Shown one piece after another: positions 50,633 to 62,581 of a stretch of DNA of 64,000 nucleotides (position 1 is the stretch's first letter; every line of letters starts with the position of its first letter). A program made the translations under genes and the position numbers. The notes beneath the pieces are model-generated. The model was given only the letters and a program-made list of their open reading frames with translations, searched no databases and was not told the origin of the DNA. The DNA comes from Mustelus asterias (Eukaryota): positions 39,866,001-39,930,000 of the forward strand of contig NC_135808.1 in NCBI RefSeq assembly GCF_964213995.1. The letters are read 5' to 3'.

Positions 50633-53600
50633 GGGGAGTAGAATCCGTGGCATCTGCAGTGGTGGGATTAGAACCCGGTCCCCAGAACATATCTCTAAGT
50701 CACCGTCTCCCGTGAATATGATTGCTAACCCAATGATTAAACTGATTTCTCAATTATTTTTTCTGTTGATCAGTCCGAAAACGCGAAGTGATATCCTCTG
50801 GAAATCCAAAACTTTGGAACATGCGAACGAGGTGGCTCCCCAGAGCCTTCATTTTTTATTGATAAGATTTTGTCAGCTTGTTTTAATCAAATTATTGTGA
50901 ATGGCTAATTAGTTGATATTTTGCAAATAATGGGAGAAGGGGCAACTCCATTTGTTCTGGCGAATTATCAATCTTCTTTTAAGCTTTGGAAAAAGTCCTC
51001 ATTAAACATGTCTCATCTTATTGCCTGTACAAGAGTCTCATGAATTAATAAAGACTCAACAGTCGAGGACAACCTGTATTCCTCATAGGGAGGCAGTCCC
51101 ATGCTATGCCATTCCTTTCCTAGCTGTTACAACACGTCAATTCTCTCAGAGGGATGGCTAATGGCAAAATAGAAAAATGAAATAATCTATTGCTAAGTAA
51201 CCAATGATTATTCTTTACTTTTCCCTCAATTACCAGTTTGAGCAGTTGAAAACAACAACAACAGCAATATCAACTCTGAGGGCCATAATGATAACGAGAG
51301 TCAAGCATACTGGGAATTTTGGTCAAGTAAAAATTAAACACGGATGCAGGTCAGAAAGGCTGCAGTGAGTTGTGACCTGTCCTGGGAGATGTGAGCTGAT
51401 GCTTCTTGTTTGGTGCAAATAAGGGTAGTATTTTGGACTATGCTATCCTTTCCGACGCTGACGTTTCCAATTGCATTCCATATTTGGCGAGGCTACGTGA
51501 TGTCCGTGCAGTTTGGCAGTTGTTTACATGTAACAACCTTGGTTGTAATGGAACGTTGCGATCAGTTGCGAGTGCCATCATTGGTTGAGTGCCAGAGAAC
51601 CTTCTAGAAGAATGTCAGATGTTTAGAATAAAGAGATGTGTTTATGTCTTTGCCTTCAGTGGAAATTGGAGACTCACCTTCACAAACTGTACCTTGAAGA
51701 ATATCTTCAGAGAAAACCACGAGGAAATATTTGCATCCGAGAGCAGACTAGTCAGTTCACTGAAACAGGGTAGCATTTGTTTTGAATAAAAAAATAGTCA
51801 TTGTTAGAGTTAGATGTTTAAAGTTAAATGGGTTAAAGTGTTGTAACTGATCTGAGATTTTTGAAGCATGGGTATGTAAAGTATTGAATAAAGAGAAACA
51901 TTACAGGGTCAGGGAGGTCTCTGATCGCGTGCAAGGCATTCTGAAGTGGGAGGGTGATCAGCCAGGTGTCATGGTACACATTGGTACCAATGACGTAGGA
52001 AGGGAGAGTGATGAGGTCCTGAAGAGTGAGTATAGAGAGCTTGGTAGGAAGTTAAAGAGCAAGACCACGAGGGTAGTAATCTCAGGATTGCTACCTGTGC
52101 CACGTGCCAGTGAGGGTAAGAGTAGAATGCTCAGGCAGCTGAACACGTGGCTGAGGAACTGGTGTAGGGGGCAGGGTTTCCGATTTCTAGATCACTGGGA
52201 CCTCTTTTGGGGCAGCTGGGACCTGTACAAGAGAGACGGGTTACACCTGAACTGCAAGGGGGCCAACATACTTGCAGGGAGTTTTGCTCGTGTTATTGGG
52301 GAGGGTTTAAACTAGACTTGCAGGGGGATGGAACCAGAGTGCCAGAGCAGATAGTGGAGCGGGAGTGAAAATAAACGATGTTAATAGTTCATGCAAAATC
52401 ACAAATAGAAGGGTTGTGTGTGGTGGTAATAATCTTCTGAGGTGTATCTATTTCAATGCCAGGAGTATTGTGGGGAAGGCAGACGAGCTGAGGGCGTGGA
52501 TTGACGCATGGAACTATGACATTACAGCCATTAGTGAAACTTGGCTGCAGGAGGGGCAGGACTGGCAGCTCAATGTCCCAGGATTCCGATGTTTCAGACT
52601 TGATTGAGGCAGAGGGATAAAGGGTGGGGGGGGGGGGGCGGTGGCATTGCTTGTCAGGGAAAATGTTACAGCAGTGCTCAGGCAGGACAGATTAGAGGGC
52701 TTGTCTACCGAGGCCATATCGGTCGAGCTGAGAAACAGCAAAGGTATGACCACATTAATGGGGTTGTATTATAGACCACCCAACAGTCAGTGAGAATTGG
52801 AGGAGCAAATCTGCAGAGAGATAGCAGACAACTGCAGGAAACATAAAGTTGTGATAGTAGGGGATTTTAATTTTCCACATATAGATTGGGACTCCCATAC
52901 TGTTCAAGGTCTAGACGGGTTAGAGTTTGTAAAATGTGTTCAGGAAATTTTTCTGAATCAACATATAGAGGTACCAACGAGAGAGGATGCAGTATTAGAT
53001 CTCCTATGAGGAAACGAGTTAGGACAAGTGACGGAAGTGTGTGTCGGGGAACACTTTGGTTCCAGTGATCATACCGCCATTAGTTTCAACTTGATCATGG
53101 ATAAAGATAGATCTGGTCCTCGGGTTGAGGTTCTAAACTGGAAAAAGGCCAAATTTGAAGAAATGAGAAATGATCTAAAAAGCGTGGATTGGGACAGGCT
53201 GTTCTCTTGCAAGGATGTGATTGGTAAGTGGGAGGCCTTCAAAGGAGAAATTTTGAGAGTGCAGAGTTTGTATGTTCCTGTCAGGATGAAAGGCAAAGTG
53301 AATAAGAATAAGGAGCCTTGGTTCTCGAGGGAGATTGGATCTCTGATCAAGAAGAAGAGAGAGATGTATGACATGTATAGCCAACAGGGAGCAAATAAGA
53401 TGCATGAGGAATATAAAAAGTGCAGGTAACTACTTAAGAAATCAGGTGGGCTAAAAGAAGACATAGAACATAGAACAGTACAGCACAGAATAGGCCCTTC
53501 GGCCCACGATGTTGTGCCTAGCTTTATCTGAAACCACGATCAAGCTATCCTACTCCCTATCATCCTGGTGTGCTCCATGTGCCTATCCAATAACCGCTTA

Positions 53601-54993
53601 AATGTTCCGAAAGTGTCTGACTCCATTATCACTGCAGGCAGTCCATTCCACACCCCAACCACTCTCTGCGTAAAGAACCTACCTCTGATATCCTTCCTAT
53701 ATCTCCCACCATGAACCCTATAGTTATGCCGCCTTGTAATAGCTCCATCCACCCGAGGAAATAGTCTTTGAACGTTCACTCTATCTATCCCCTTCATCAT
53801 TTTATAAACCTCTATTAAGTCTCCCCTCAGCCTCCTCCGCTCCAGAGAGAACAGCCCTAGCTCCCTCAACCCTTTCCTCATAAGACCAACCCTCCAAACC
53901 AGGCAGCATCCTGGTAAATCTCCTCTGCACTCTTTTCCAGCGCTTCCACATCCTTCTTATAGTGAGGTTGCCAGAATTGCACACAATATTCCAAATATGG
54001 TCTCACCAAGGTCCTGGACAGTTGTAGGATTACCCCACCGCTCTTAAACTCCAGCCCCCTGTTAATAAAAGCTAACACACTATAGGCCTTCTTCACAGCT
54101 CTATCCACATGAGTGGCAACCTTTAGAGATCTGTGGATATGGACCCCAAGATCTCTCTGTTCCTCCACAGTCTTCATAACCCTTTGATCCTGTCACCAAC
54201 ATTTAAATTAGTCCTACCAAAATGAATCATCTCACATTTATTAGTGTTAAACTCCATTTGCCATTTTTCAGCCCAGCTTTGCATCCTATCTATGTCACTT
54301 TGCAGCCTACAACAGCCCTCCACCTCATCCACTACTCCACTAATCTTGGTGTCATCAGCAAATTTACTGATCCACCCTTCAGCCCCCTCCTCTAAGTCAT
54401 TAATAAAAATCACAAAGAGCAGAGGACCAAGCACTGATCCGTGTCGCACTCCGCTAGCAACCTGCCTCCAGTCCGAAAATTTTCCATCCACCACCACCCT
54501 CTGTATTCGATCAGATAGCCAATTACCTATCCAATCTGCCAACTTTCCCTCTATCCCACACCTCCTTGCTTTCATCATAAGCCGACCATGGGGGACCTTA
54601 TCAAACGCCTTACTAAAATCCATGTATATGACATCAACTGCCCTACCTTCAGCAACACACTTAGTAACCTCCTCAAAAAATTCTATCAAATTTGTGAGGC
54701 ACGCCTTGCCCTTCACGAATCCATGCTGACTATCCCGGATTAATCTGCATCTTTATAAACGGTCGTAAATCCCATCCCTCAGGACCTTTTCCATCAATTT
54801 ACCAACCACCGAAGTAAGACTACCGGTCTATAATTACCAGGGTCATTTCTATTCCCTTTTTTAAACAGAGGAACAACATTTGCCACTCTCCAGTCCTCTG
54901 GCACCATCCCCGTGGACAGTGAGGACCCAAAGATCAAAGCCAAAGGCTCTGCAACCTCATCCCTTGCCTCCCAAAGTATCCTAGGATATATTT

Positions 54994-57703
54994 AGAACAT
55001 AGAACATAGAACATTACAGCGCAGAACAGGCCCTTCGGCCCACGATGTTGCACCGACCAGTTAAAAAAAAAAACTGTGACCCTCCAACCTAAACCAATTT
55101 CTTTTCGTCCATGAACCTATCTACGGATCTCTTAAACGCCCCCAAACTAGGCGCATTTACTACTGATGCTGGCAGGGCATTCCAATCCCTCACCACCCTC
55201 TGGGTAAAGAACCTACCCCTGACATCGGTTCTATAACTACCCCCCCTCAATTTAAAGCCATGCCCCCTCGTGCTGGATTTCTCCATCAGAGGAAAAAGGC
55301 TATCACTATCCACCCTATCTAAACCTCTAATCATCTTATATGTTACAATAAGATCCCCTCTTAGCCGCCGCCTTTCCAGCGAAAACAATCCCAAATCCCT
55401 CAGCCTCTCCTCATAGGATCTCCCCTCCATACCAGGCAACATCCTGGTAAACCTCCTCTGCACCCTCTCCAAAGCCTCCACATCCTTCCTGTAATGTGGG
55501 GACCAGAACTGCACACAGTACTCCAAGTGCGGCCGCACCAGAGTTGTGTACAGTTGCAACATAACGCTACGACTCCTAAATTCAATCCCCCTACCAATAA
55601 ACGCCAAGACACCATATGCCTTCTTAACAACCTTATCTACTTGATTCCCAACTTTCAGGGATCTATGCACACATACACCTAGATCCCTCTGCTCCTCCAC
55701 ACTATTCAAAGTCCTCTCGTTAGCCCTATACTCAACACATCTGTTATTCCTACCAAAGTGAATTACCTCACACTTCTCCGCATTAAACTCCATCCGCCAC
55801 CTCTCGGCCCAACTTTGCAACCTGTCTAAGTCTTCCTGCAAACTACGACACCCTTCCTCACTGTCTACCACACCACCGACTTTGGTGTCATCAGCAAATT
55901 TGCTAATCCACCCAACTATACCCTCATCCAGATCATTAATAAATATTACAAACAGCAGTGGCCCCAAAACAGATCCCTGAGGTACACCACTTGTAACCGC
56001 ACTCCATGATGAATATTTACTATCAACCACCACCCTCTGTTTCCTATCCGCTAGCCAATTCCTGATCCAATTTCCTAGATCACCCCCAATCCCATACATC
56101 TGCATTTTCTGCAGAAGCCTACCATGGTGAACCTTATCAAACGCCTTACTAAAATCCATATATACCACGTCCACTGCCTTGCCCCCATCCACCTCCTTGG
56201 TCACTTTCTCAAAAAACTCAATAAGGTTAGTAAGGCACGACCTACCTGCCACAAAACCATGCTGACTATCACCTATCAATTCATTACTCTCCAAATAACT
56301 ATAAATCCTATCCCTTATAATTTTTTCCAACATCTTGCCGACAACAGAAGTGAGACTCACCGGTCTATAATTCCCGGGGAAGTCTCTGTTCCCCTTCTTA
56401 AACAATGGGACAACATTCGCTAACCTCCAATCTTCTGGTACTATACCAGAGGCCAACGACGACCTGAAGATCAGAGCCAGAGGCTCTGCAATCACTTCTC
56501 TTGCCTCCCAGAGAATCCTTGGATAAATCCCATCCGGACCAGGGGATTTATCTATTTTCAGACCCTCCAGAATATCCTGCACATCCTCCTTATCAACTGT
56601 AATACTGTCTATTCTACTCCCTTGCAACCCAGAGTCCTCCTCAGCTATATTCATGTCCCCTTGCGTGAACACCGAAGAGAAATATTGGTTCAATGCTTCA
56701 CCAATCTCCTCCGGTTCCACACATAACTTCCCTCTGCCATCTATAACTGGCCCTAAACTTGCCCTAACCAACCTTCTGTTCTTGACATACCTATAGAACG
56801 CCTTAGGATTCTCTTTAACCCTATCCGCCAAAGTCTTCTCATGTCCCCTTTTAGCCCTTCTAAGCTCGCTCTTCAACTCCCTCTTAGCCAATCTAAAGCT
56901 TTCTAGTGCACTACCCGAGTGCTCACGTCTCATCCGAACATAAGCCTCCTTTTTCTTTTTAACCAACAAAGAAACTTTTTTGGTGCACCACGGTTCCCTA
57001 GCCCTACCAATTCCTCCTTGCCTGACAGGGACATACCTATCACAGACTCGCAGTAGCTGCTCCTTGAAAAAACTCCACATGTCGGACGTTCCCAGTCCCT
57101 GTAATCTCCTAGTCCAACCTATGTTTCCTAATTCTCTCCTAATAGCCTCATAATTACCCTTCCCCCAGCTAAAACCACTGGCCCGAGGTTCATGCCTATC
57201 CCTTTCCATCACTAAGGTGAACGTAACCGAATTGTGGTCACTATCACCAAAATGCACACCAACTTCCAAGTCTAGCACCTGGTCTGGCTCATTTCCCAGC
57301 ACCAGATCCAATATAGCCTCACCTCTAGTTGGCCTGTCTACATACTGAGTCAAAAAACCTTCCTGCACGCTTTGAACAAAAACTGACCCCTCCAGCGAGC
57401 TAGAGCTATAACAATTCCAGTCAATATTAGTCAAGTTAAAATCCCCCATAACAATTGCCCTATTACTTTCACTCCTAAGCAGGATTGACTCCGCAATCCT
57501 TTCCTCAACCTCTCTAGAACTTTTAGGAGGTCTATAAAAGACTCCCAACAGGGTGACCTCTCCTCTCCTATTTCTAATCTCCGCCCATACTACCTCAACA
57601 GATAAGTCCTCATCAAACCTCCTCTCTGACACTGTGATACAATCTCTGACCAATAATGCTACCCCTCCCCCTCTTCTACCTCCTTCCCTACTTCGACTAA
57701 AAC
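54994..57703 (-). mobile_element. CR1 'C' nested in B, youngest copy
   Basis: Flanked by ATTT (54990-54993 and 57704-57707); (CATAGAA)n tail. Confidence 0.95.
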
Positions 57704-57710
57704 ATTTCAT
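55089..57710 (-). CDS. CR1 ORF2 (partial APE endonuclease plus reverse transcriptase), uninterrupted 873 codons, 5'-truncated
   Basis: [35 protein letters not shown]; no stops or frameshifts. Confidence 0.9.
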   Translation of the reverse strand: MKCFSRSREGGRRGGGVALLVRDCITVSERRFDEDLSVEVVWAEIRNRRGEVTLLGVFYRPPKSSREVEERIAESILLRSESNRAIVMGDFNLTNIDWNCYSSSSLEGSVFVQSVQEGFLTQYVDRPTRGEAILDLVLGNEPDQVLDLEVGVHFGDSDHNSVTFTLVMERDRHEPRASGFSWGKGNYEAIRRELGNIGWTRRLQGLGTSDMWSFFKEQLLRVCDRYVPVRQGGIGRAREPWCTKKVSLLVKKKKEAYVRMRREHSGSALESFRLAKRELKSELRRAKRGHEKTLADRVKENPKAFYRYVKNRRLVRASLGPVIDGRGKLCVEPEEIGEALNQYFSSVFTQGDMNIAEEDSGLQGSRIDSITVDKEDVQDILEGLKIDKSPGPDGIYPRILWEAREVIAEPLALIFRSSLASGIVPEDWRLANVVPLFKKGNRDFPGNYRPVSLTSVVGKMLEKIIRDRIYSYLESNELIGDSQHGFVAGRSCLTNLIEFFEKVTKEVDGGKAVDVVYMDFSKAFDKVHHGRLLQKMQMYGIGGDLGNWIRNWLADRKQRVVVDSKYSSWSAVTSGVPQGSVLGPLLFVIFINDLDEGIVGWISKFADDTKVGGVVDSEEGCRSLQEDLDRLQSWAERWRMEFNAEKCEVIHFGRNNRCVEYRANERTLNSVEEQRDLGVCVHRSLKVGNQVDKVVKKAYGVLAFIGRGIEFRSRSVMLQLYTTLVRPHLEYCVQFWSPHYRKDVEALERVQRRFTRMLPGMEGRSYEERLRDLGLFSLERRRLRGDLIVTYKMIRGLDRVDSDSLFPLMEKSSTRGHGFKLRGGSYRTDVRGRFFTQRVVRDWNALPASVVNAPSLGAFKRSVDRFMDEKKLV

Positions 57711-58732
57711 CAGGCCCAGGGGACTTATCGACCTTCAGTTTATTCAAAACTGTCAGTACATCCTCCCTCCAAACAACTATTTCCTCCCGCCTATTAGCCT
57801 GTAAAACCTTCTCTTCCTCAAAAACATGGCCCCTCTCCTTGGTGAACACTGAAGAAAAGTATTCATTCATCACCTCGCCTCTCTCTACTGACTCCATACA
57901 CAAGTTCCCACTACTGTCCTTGACCGGCCCTTGACCAACGTGAGATTGCTTTGGCAGACGAGGTGAAGGATAATCCTAAGAGCTTCTACAGGTATATTAA
58001 GAGCAAAAGGATAGTAAGGGATAAAATTGGTCCTCTTGAAGATCAGAGTGTTGGCTATGTATGGAACCAAAAGAAATGGGGAAGATATTAAATGGGTTTT
58101 TTGCATCCGTATTTACTAAGGAAACTGGCATGGAGTCTATGGAAATAAGGCAAACAAGTAGGGAGGTCATGGAACCTATACAGATTAAAAGGAAGGAGGT
58201 GCTTGCTGCCTTGAGGCAAATCAGAGTAGATAAATCCCCAGGACTGGATAGGGTATTCCCTCGGACCTTGAAGGAGACTAGTGTTGAAATTGCAGGGGCC
58301 CTGGCAGATATATTTAAAATGTCGGTATCCACAGGTGGGGTGCCGGATGATTGGAGGATAGCTCATGTTGTTCCATTGTTTAAAAAAGGCTCAAAAGGTA
58401 ATGCGGGAAATTATAGGCCGGTACGTTTGATGTCAGTAGTAGGTAAATTACTGGAAGGACTACTAAGAGATAGGATCTACAAATATTTGGGGAGACAGGG
58501 ACTCATTAGGGAAAGTCAACATGGCTTTGTGCGTGGTAGGTCATGTTTAACCAATCTATTAGAGTTTTTCGAGGAGGTTACCAGGAAAGTGGATGAAGGG
58601 AAGGCAGTAGATGTTGTCTCCATGGACTTCAGTAAGACCTTTGACAACGTCCCGCATGGGAGGTTAGTTAGGAAGGTTCAGTCGCTAGGTATAATGGAGA
58701 GGTTGTAAATTGGATTAGACATTGGCTCAATG

Positions 58733-58796
58733 TGGCTTTTGCTACCAAATAAACCTGTTGGACTTTAACCTGCTGTTGTTAAACTTCTTACTACTT
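58733..58796 (+). mobile_element. 64-bp insertion, Penelope-like terminal-repeat fragment
   Basis: TCAATG TSD (58727-58732 and 58797-58802) and the sequence CCAAATAAACCTGTTGGACTTTAACCTG. The family assignment is from recall. Confidence 0.7.
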
Positions 58797-60214
58797 TCAA
58801 TGGAAGAAACCAGAGAGTGGTACTGGAGGATTGCTTCTCTGAGTGGAGGCCTGTGACTAGTGGTGTGGCACAAGGATCAGTGCTGGGTCCATTGTTGTTT
58901 GTCATCTATATCAATTATCTGGATGATAATGTGGTAAATTGGATCAGCAAATTTCCTGATGATACAAAGATTGGAGGTGTAGTGGACAGTGAGGAAGGTT
59001 TGCAAAGCTTGCGGAGGGATTTGGACCAGCTAGGAAAATGGGCTGAAAATGGCAGATGGAGTTTAATGCAGACAAGTTTGAGGCATTGCACTTTGGAAGG
59101 ACAAACCAAGGTAGAACATACAAGGCAAATGGTAGGACACTGAAGACTGCAGTAGAACAGAGGGATCTGGGAATACAGATACATAATCCCCTAAAAGTGG
59201 CGTCACAGGTAGATAGGGTCGTAAAGAGTGCTTTTGGTACATTGGCCTTTATAAATCAAAGTATTGAGTATAAGAGTTGGAATGTTATGGTGAGCTTGTA
59301 TAAGACATTGGTGAGGCCGAATTTAGAGTATTGTATGCAGTTTAGGTCACCTAATTACAGGAAGGATATTAATAAGGTTGAAAGAGTGCAGAGAAGGTTT
59401 ACAAGGATGTTGCCGGGACTTGAGAAACTGAGTTACAGAGAAAGGTTGAATAGGTTAGGACTTTATTCCCTGGAGCGTAGAAGAATGAGGGGAGATTTGA
59501 TAGAGGTGTATGAAATGATGATGGGTATAGATAGAGCGAATGCAAGCACGCTTTTCCCACTGAGGCGAGGGGAGAAAAAAACTACAGGAGATGGGTTAAG
59601 GGTGAAGGGGATCAAGTTTAAAGGGAATATTAGGGAGGGGCTTCTTCACACAGAGAGTGGTGGGAGTGTGGAATGAGCTGCCAGATGAAGTGGTGAATAG
59701 TTAAGAAAACCTTGGACAGGTACATGGATGAGAGGGGTGTGGAGGGATATGGTCCAGGTGCAGGTCAGTGGGACTGGGCAGAAAAATGGTTCGGCACAGC
59801 CAAGAAGGGCCAAAAGGCCTGTTTCTGTGCTGTAATGTTCTATGGTTCTCTGGTTCTATTCCATGTAAATGTATCTGAGTCACCTTCTGTCCTTTGGTTT
59901 CTGACATGCACAGGGAACGTACCTGGGACAAGGTTTACGTTTATAGATGGTAACACCAGAGTAACTGAAACATCTTCTCATGAAATTAAGAGTTCCTGAT
60001 CAGTGACAGCTTTGTGACAGTATTTTGAGTGGTTAACAAAATCTAAATGCCTCCTTATCACAGGATTAACAGAAAATTGCGTTGTTAACGTTCTCAACTT
60101 AATACAAAGACAATAATAGGAAATTGACCTGATAATGGCCAGTTTTAAAATCTAGTGCCAATTTTAAATTAGATGTGTCCCCCCTCTCTCTATCTCATCG
60201 AGTACAATGATGTC

Positions 60215-60415
60215 GAGACCAAAAGCAGGAATCTGTGCTGACACCTCTGTCCAACACAGAGTAACGGTGTACAGATGAGGAGCAGAAAGCCTTGGCTGAT
60301 TCCTCTCTCCATCCCAGGATAGATATATAGAGATTAGGAGCAGGAACCTTTGCTGACTCCTTCCTCTAAACCAGGATAACTATACAGATAACTGTACTGA
60401 TTCTTCTCTCTCTCT
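60215..60415 (+). repeat. Paralogous ~58-bp intronic minisatellite (GPCR copy 4)
   Basis: About 4 units of GAGCAGGAA..GCTGA..CTCT..CCAGGATA. Confidence 0.8.
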
Positions 60416-60822
60416 TACTTAGGAAATTATAGCATCGCTGCATCATCTTATTCATTACATAACAAAGGCCAGAACTGATGCTGGGGCGTTTTGTCCATTC
60501 TTCCGTTTCATTACTCACTCCATATTCCAATAACTTCCCAAGAAAGGCAAAAAAATGCTGATCATTTATTATTCGTCGAATGAATTACTATTCCTCCATG
60601 AGTCGCAGTATGTTCCGTCATTTGTAATTAGTTTGTGGAATTCATTGCTGATTTTTTGTAGTAGAGTCTGTCTCGACTGTAAAGAGCTGTCACACTGATA
60701 GTAGTTAGAACCATCAATGAGATAAGTCACAAAATGTAATATTTGAACCTGTATTACGCCAAGCTGCTGCTTTTGCTCGTAGACTCCGGAATAATGTTCA
60801 CGTTTATTCTCCGTCCATACAA

Positions 60823-61713
60823 TCAACTTGATGGCAATTGTGATCCTGTCTCGAGGCAAGTGCAGACTCTGCAAATCTGTCAGTCACTACCTGCTGGCCA
60901 TGGTTAAGGCTGATCTACTGGTCGTTATACTTCATCTAATTCTGAGTGATGCACCTGTTGCTTATTGGGTGAAGCTATGTTTCTTTCCACTAATTAATAT
61001 CCACTGTGTCCTCATTTATGCGGTCGCAGACTGTTCGGTCTGATTCACTGTCAGGTTTATTTTTGGTCTATTTGTGGCCATTTCTTTGCGAGAAGCTGAA
61101 GGACAGATATTGCAAACAGAAAACAACAATTATACTGATAGGAATCGTATTGGGGTTAATTGTCTCAAGAAGATTTTGCATCTCTTTATGTATACAAATG
61201 AATACAGGCTCGTCCGTTGCCTCTGGCTTACTTTGTAAAACAAAGTGTTCGTTCTTCAATGCAGTGGAGAATAATTGAACTTCTTCATAATGTGTCCACT
61301 TCATTTGGCCAATTTGTCCTAATTTTACTGTTCAACATTTTAACCGTCAGACACATCATTGCAGGCAAACATTGTCAACCAGGGACTCTGAAGCCAGCGC
61401 AGTGGAGAGAATAAAAACCAAAGCTGGAAAATAATGTATCTTTGTTATGTTTACCATATCTGGGAATTTTATAGTATTATCGGCCGTATTTCTGAACTAC
61501 GCTGTCTGTTTCCAAATAACATGGTGGGGCTTCAGTTCTGTAAGACTACACTGCAAAATTGGATGAATAGAATGTTTGCTTTAGCTTCTAAGTTGCTGCA
61601 TCAACACCTGTATTTGTGCAATGACACAAATTAAATTCAGAGTGCAGTTGCTCAAGATGATGAAATACCCTTAGGTTATATCTGTTAAATTATTGGTCAA
61701 GATAGTTCTTTAG
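60823..61713 (+). pseudogene. GPR139-like GPCR pseudogene (copy 4, exon 2)
   Basis: NLMAIVILSRGKCRLCKSVSHYLLAM... through to TAG at 61711. The acceptor is mutated (TACAA), with TGA at 61041 and frameshifts. Confidence 0.93.
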
Positions 61714-62581
61714 TGTGAACATAATCACTCCCTGCTTTGTAATACAATATTCTGTTTACTGTACGCTCAAAAAGATACTGCACTTGACATTAATTTCGAT
61801 AAAATAGAAAGCGTCCAAATGGATTTTGAAACGGTGACTAAATTACAAATGGTTGGACGCATGTAAGTTATCAGTCAAATAATTGTGAAAATACCAACTG
61901 AATTCCAGGTTGCAACTGAAAGGAGCGCAGCTGGGTTACCCCGTTTTAAGAAGGCTTCAGAGTTCATGTAGAGAAACTAGAGAGACGGAAGGATTTTTTT
62001 CGAGTTACAACCCGAAGAGGTCCACAGAGCGATTCACCGGATATACAATTTTAGATTGTGCAGAGAGAGTGGTGAGAGACAGACTAAGATATTGTCCAGG
62101 AATTCCTTAGTGCGGTCCAGGGTGACGGTAAATGGAGACGCAGGCCCGAGCGGGGACGGAAGGTTCAGTTTTGAAATAATTGGTGTTGATGCAGTGTGAA
62201 GGGTGGGGTCTGAAATTCATGAATGGAACAGAATCTAAGGAAGGTGGCGGATTGACATTCCTCCCAGTATGTAAAGGATAAAGGAGGAATCAGGGAAAAG
62301 ATTATCTTTAAACGTGGAAAAAATGCATGTTTGTTTATAGTGACGGCAATGGTGCTGTTGCAGATATTGGACTGTCAGTGTGTGAAAAGAGTTAAAACTG
62401 TCGGTTGGTATATGAAGAATCGAGTTTCTGAAGGTTAGAGGTCGATTAGCGGAACATTTTGGATCAGCAAATAAATTATTTCGATGGGGAAAATGAACAT
62501 GGAATTGGTGGAGGATATAGGAAAACAAACTTTACCTTGGTGAGTTGTTCCATAAAATCAGAATACTATGGATAATGGAAA

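Larger units (their letters stand above)
53465..57930 (-). mobile_element. CR1 'B' nested in A: 57930-57704 plus 54993-53465
   Basis: The frame KSPGPDE|IYPRILWEAR is rejoined across element C; (CATAGAA)n tail at 53462. Confidence 0.93.
51905..59835 (+). mobile_element. CR1 'A' (host): 51905-53464 plus 57942-59835
   Basis: Esterase, EN and RT. The frame AKRRH|EIALAD is rejoined across a 4.5-kb insertion. Confidence 0.95.
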
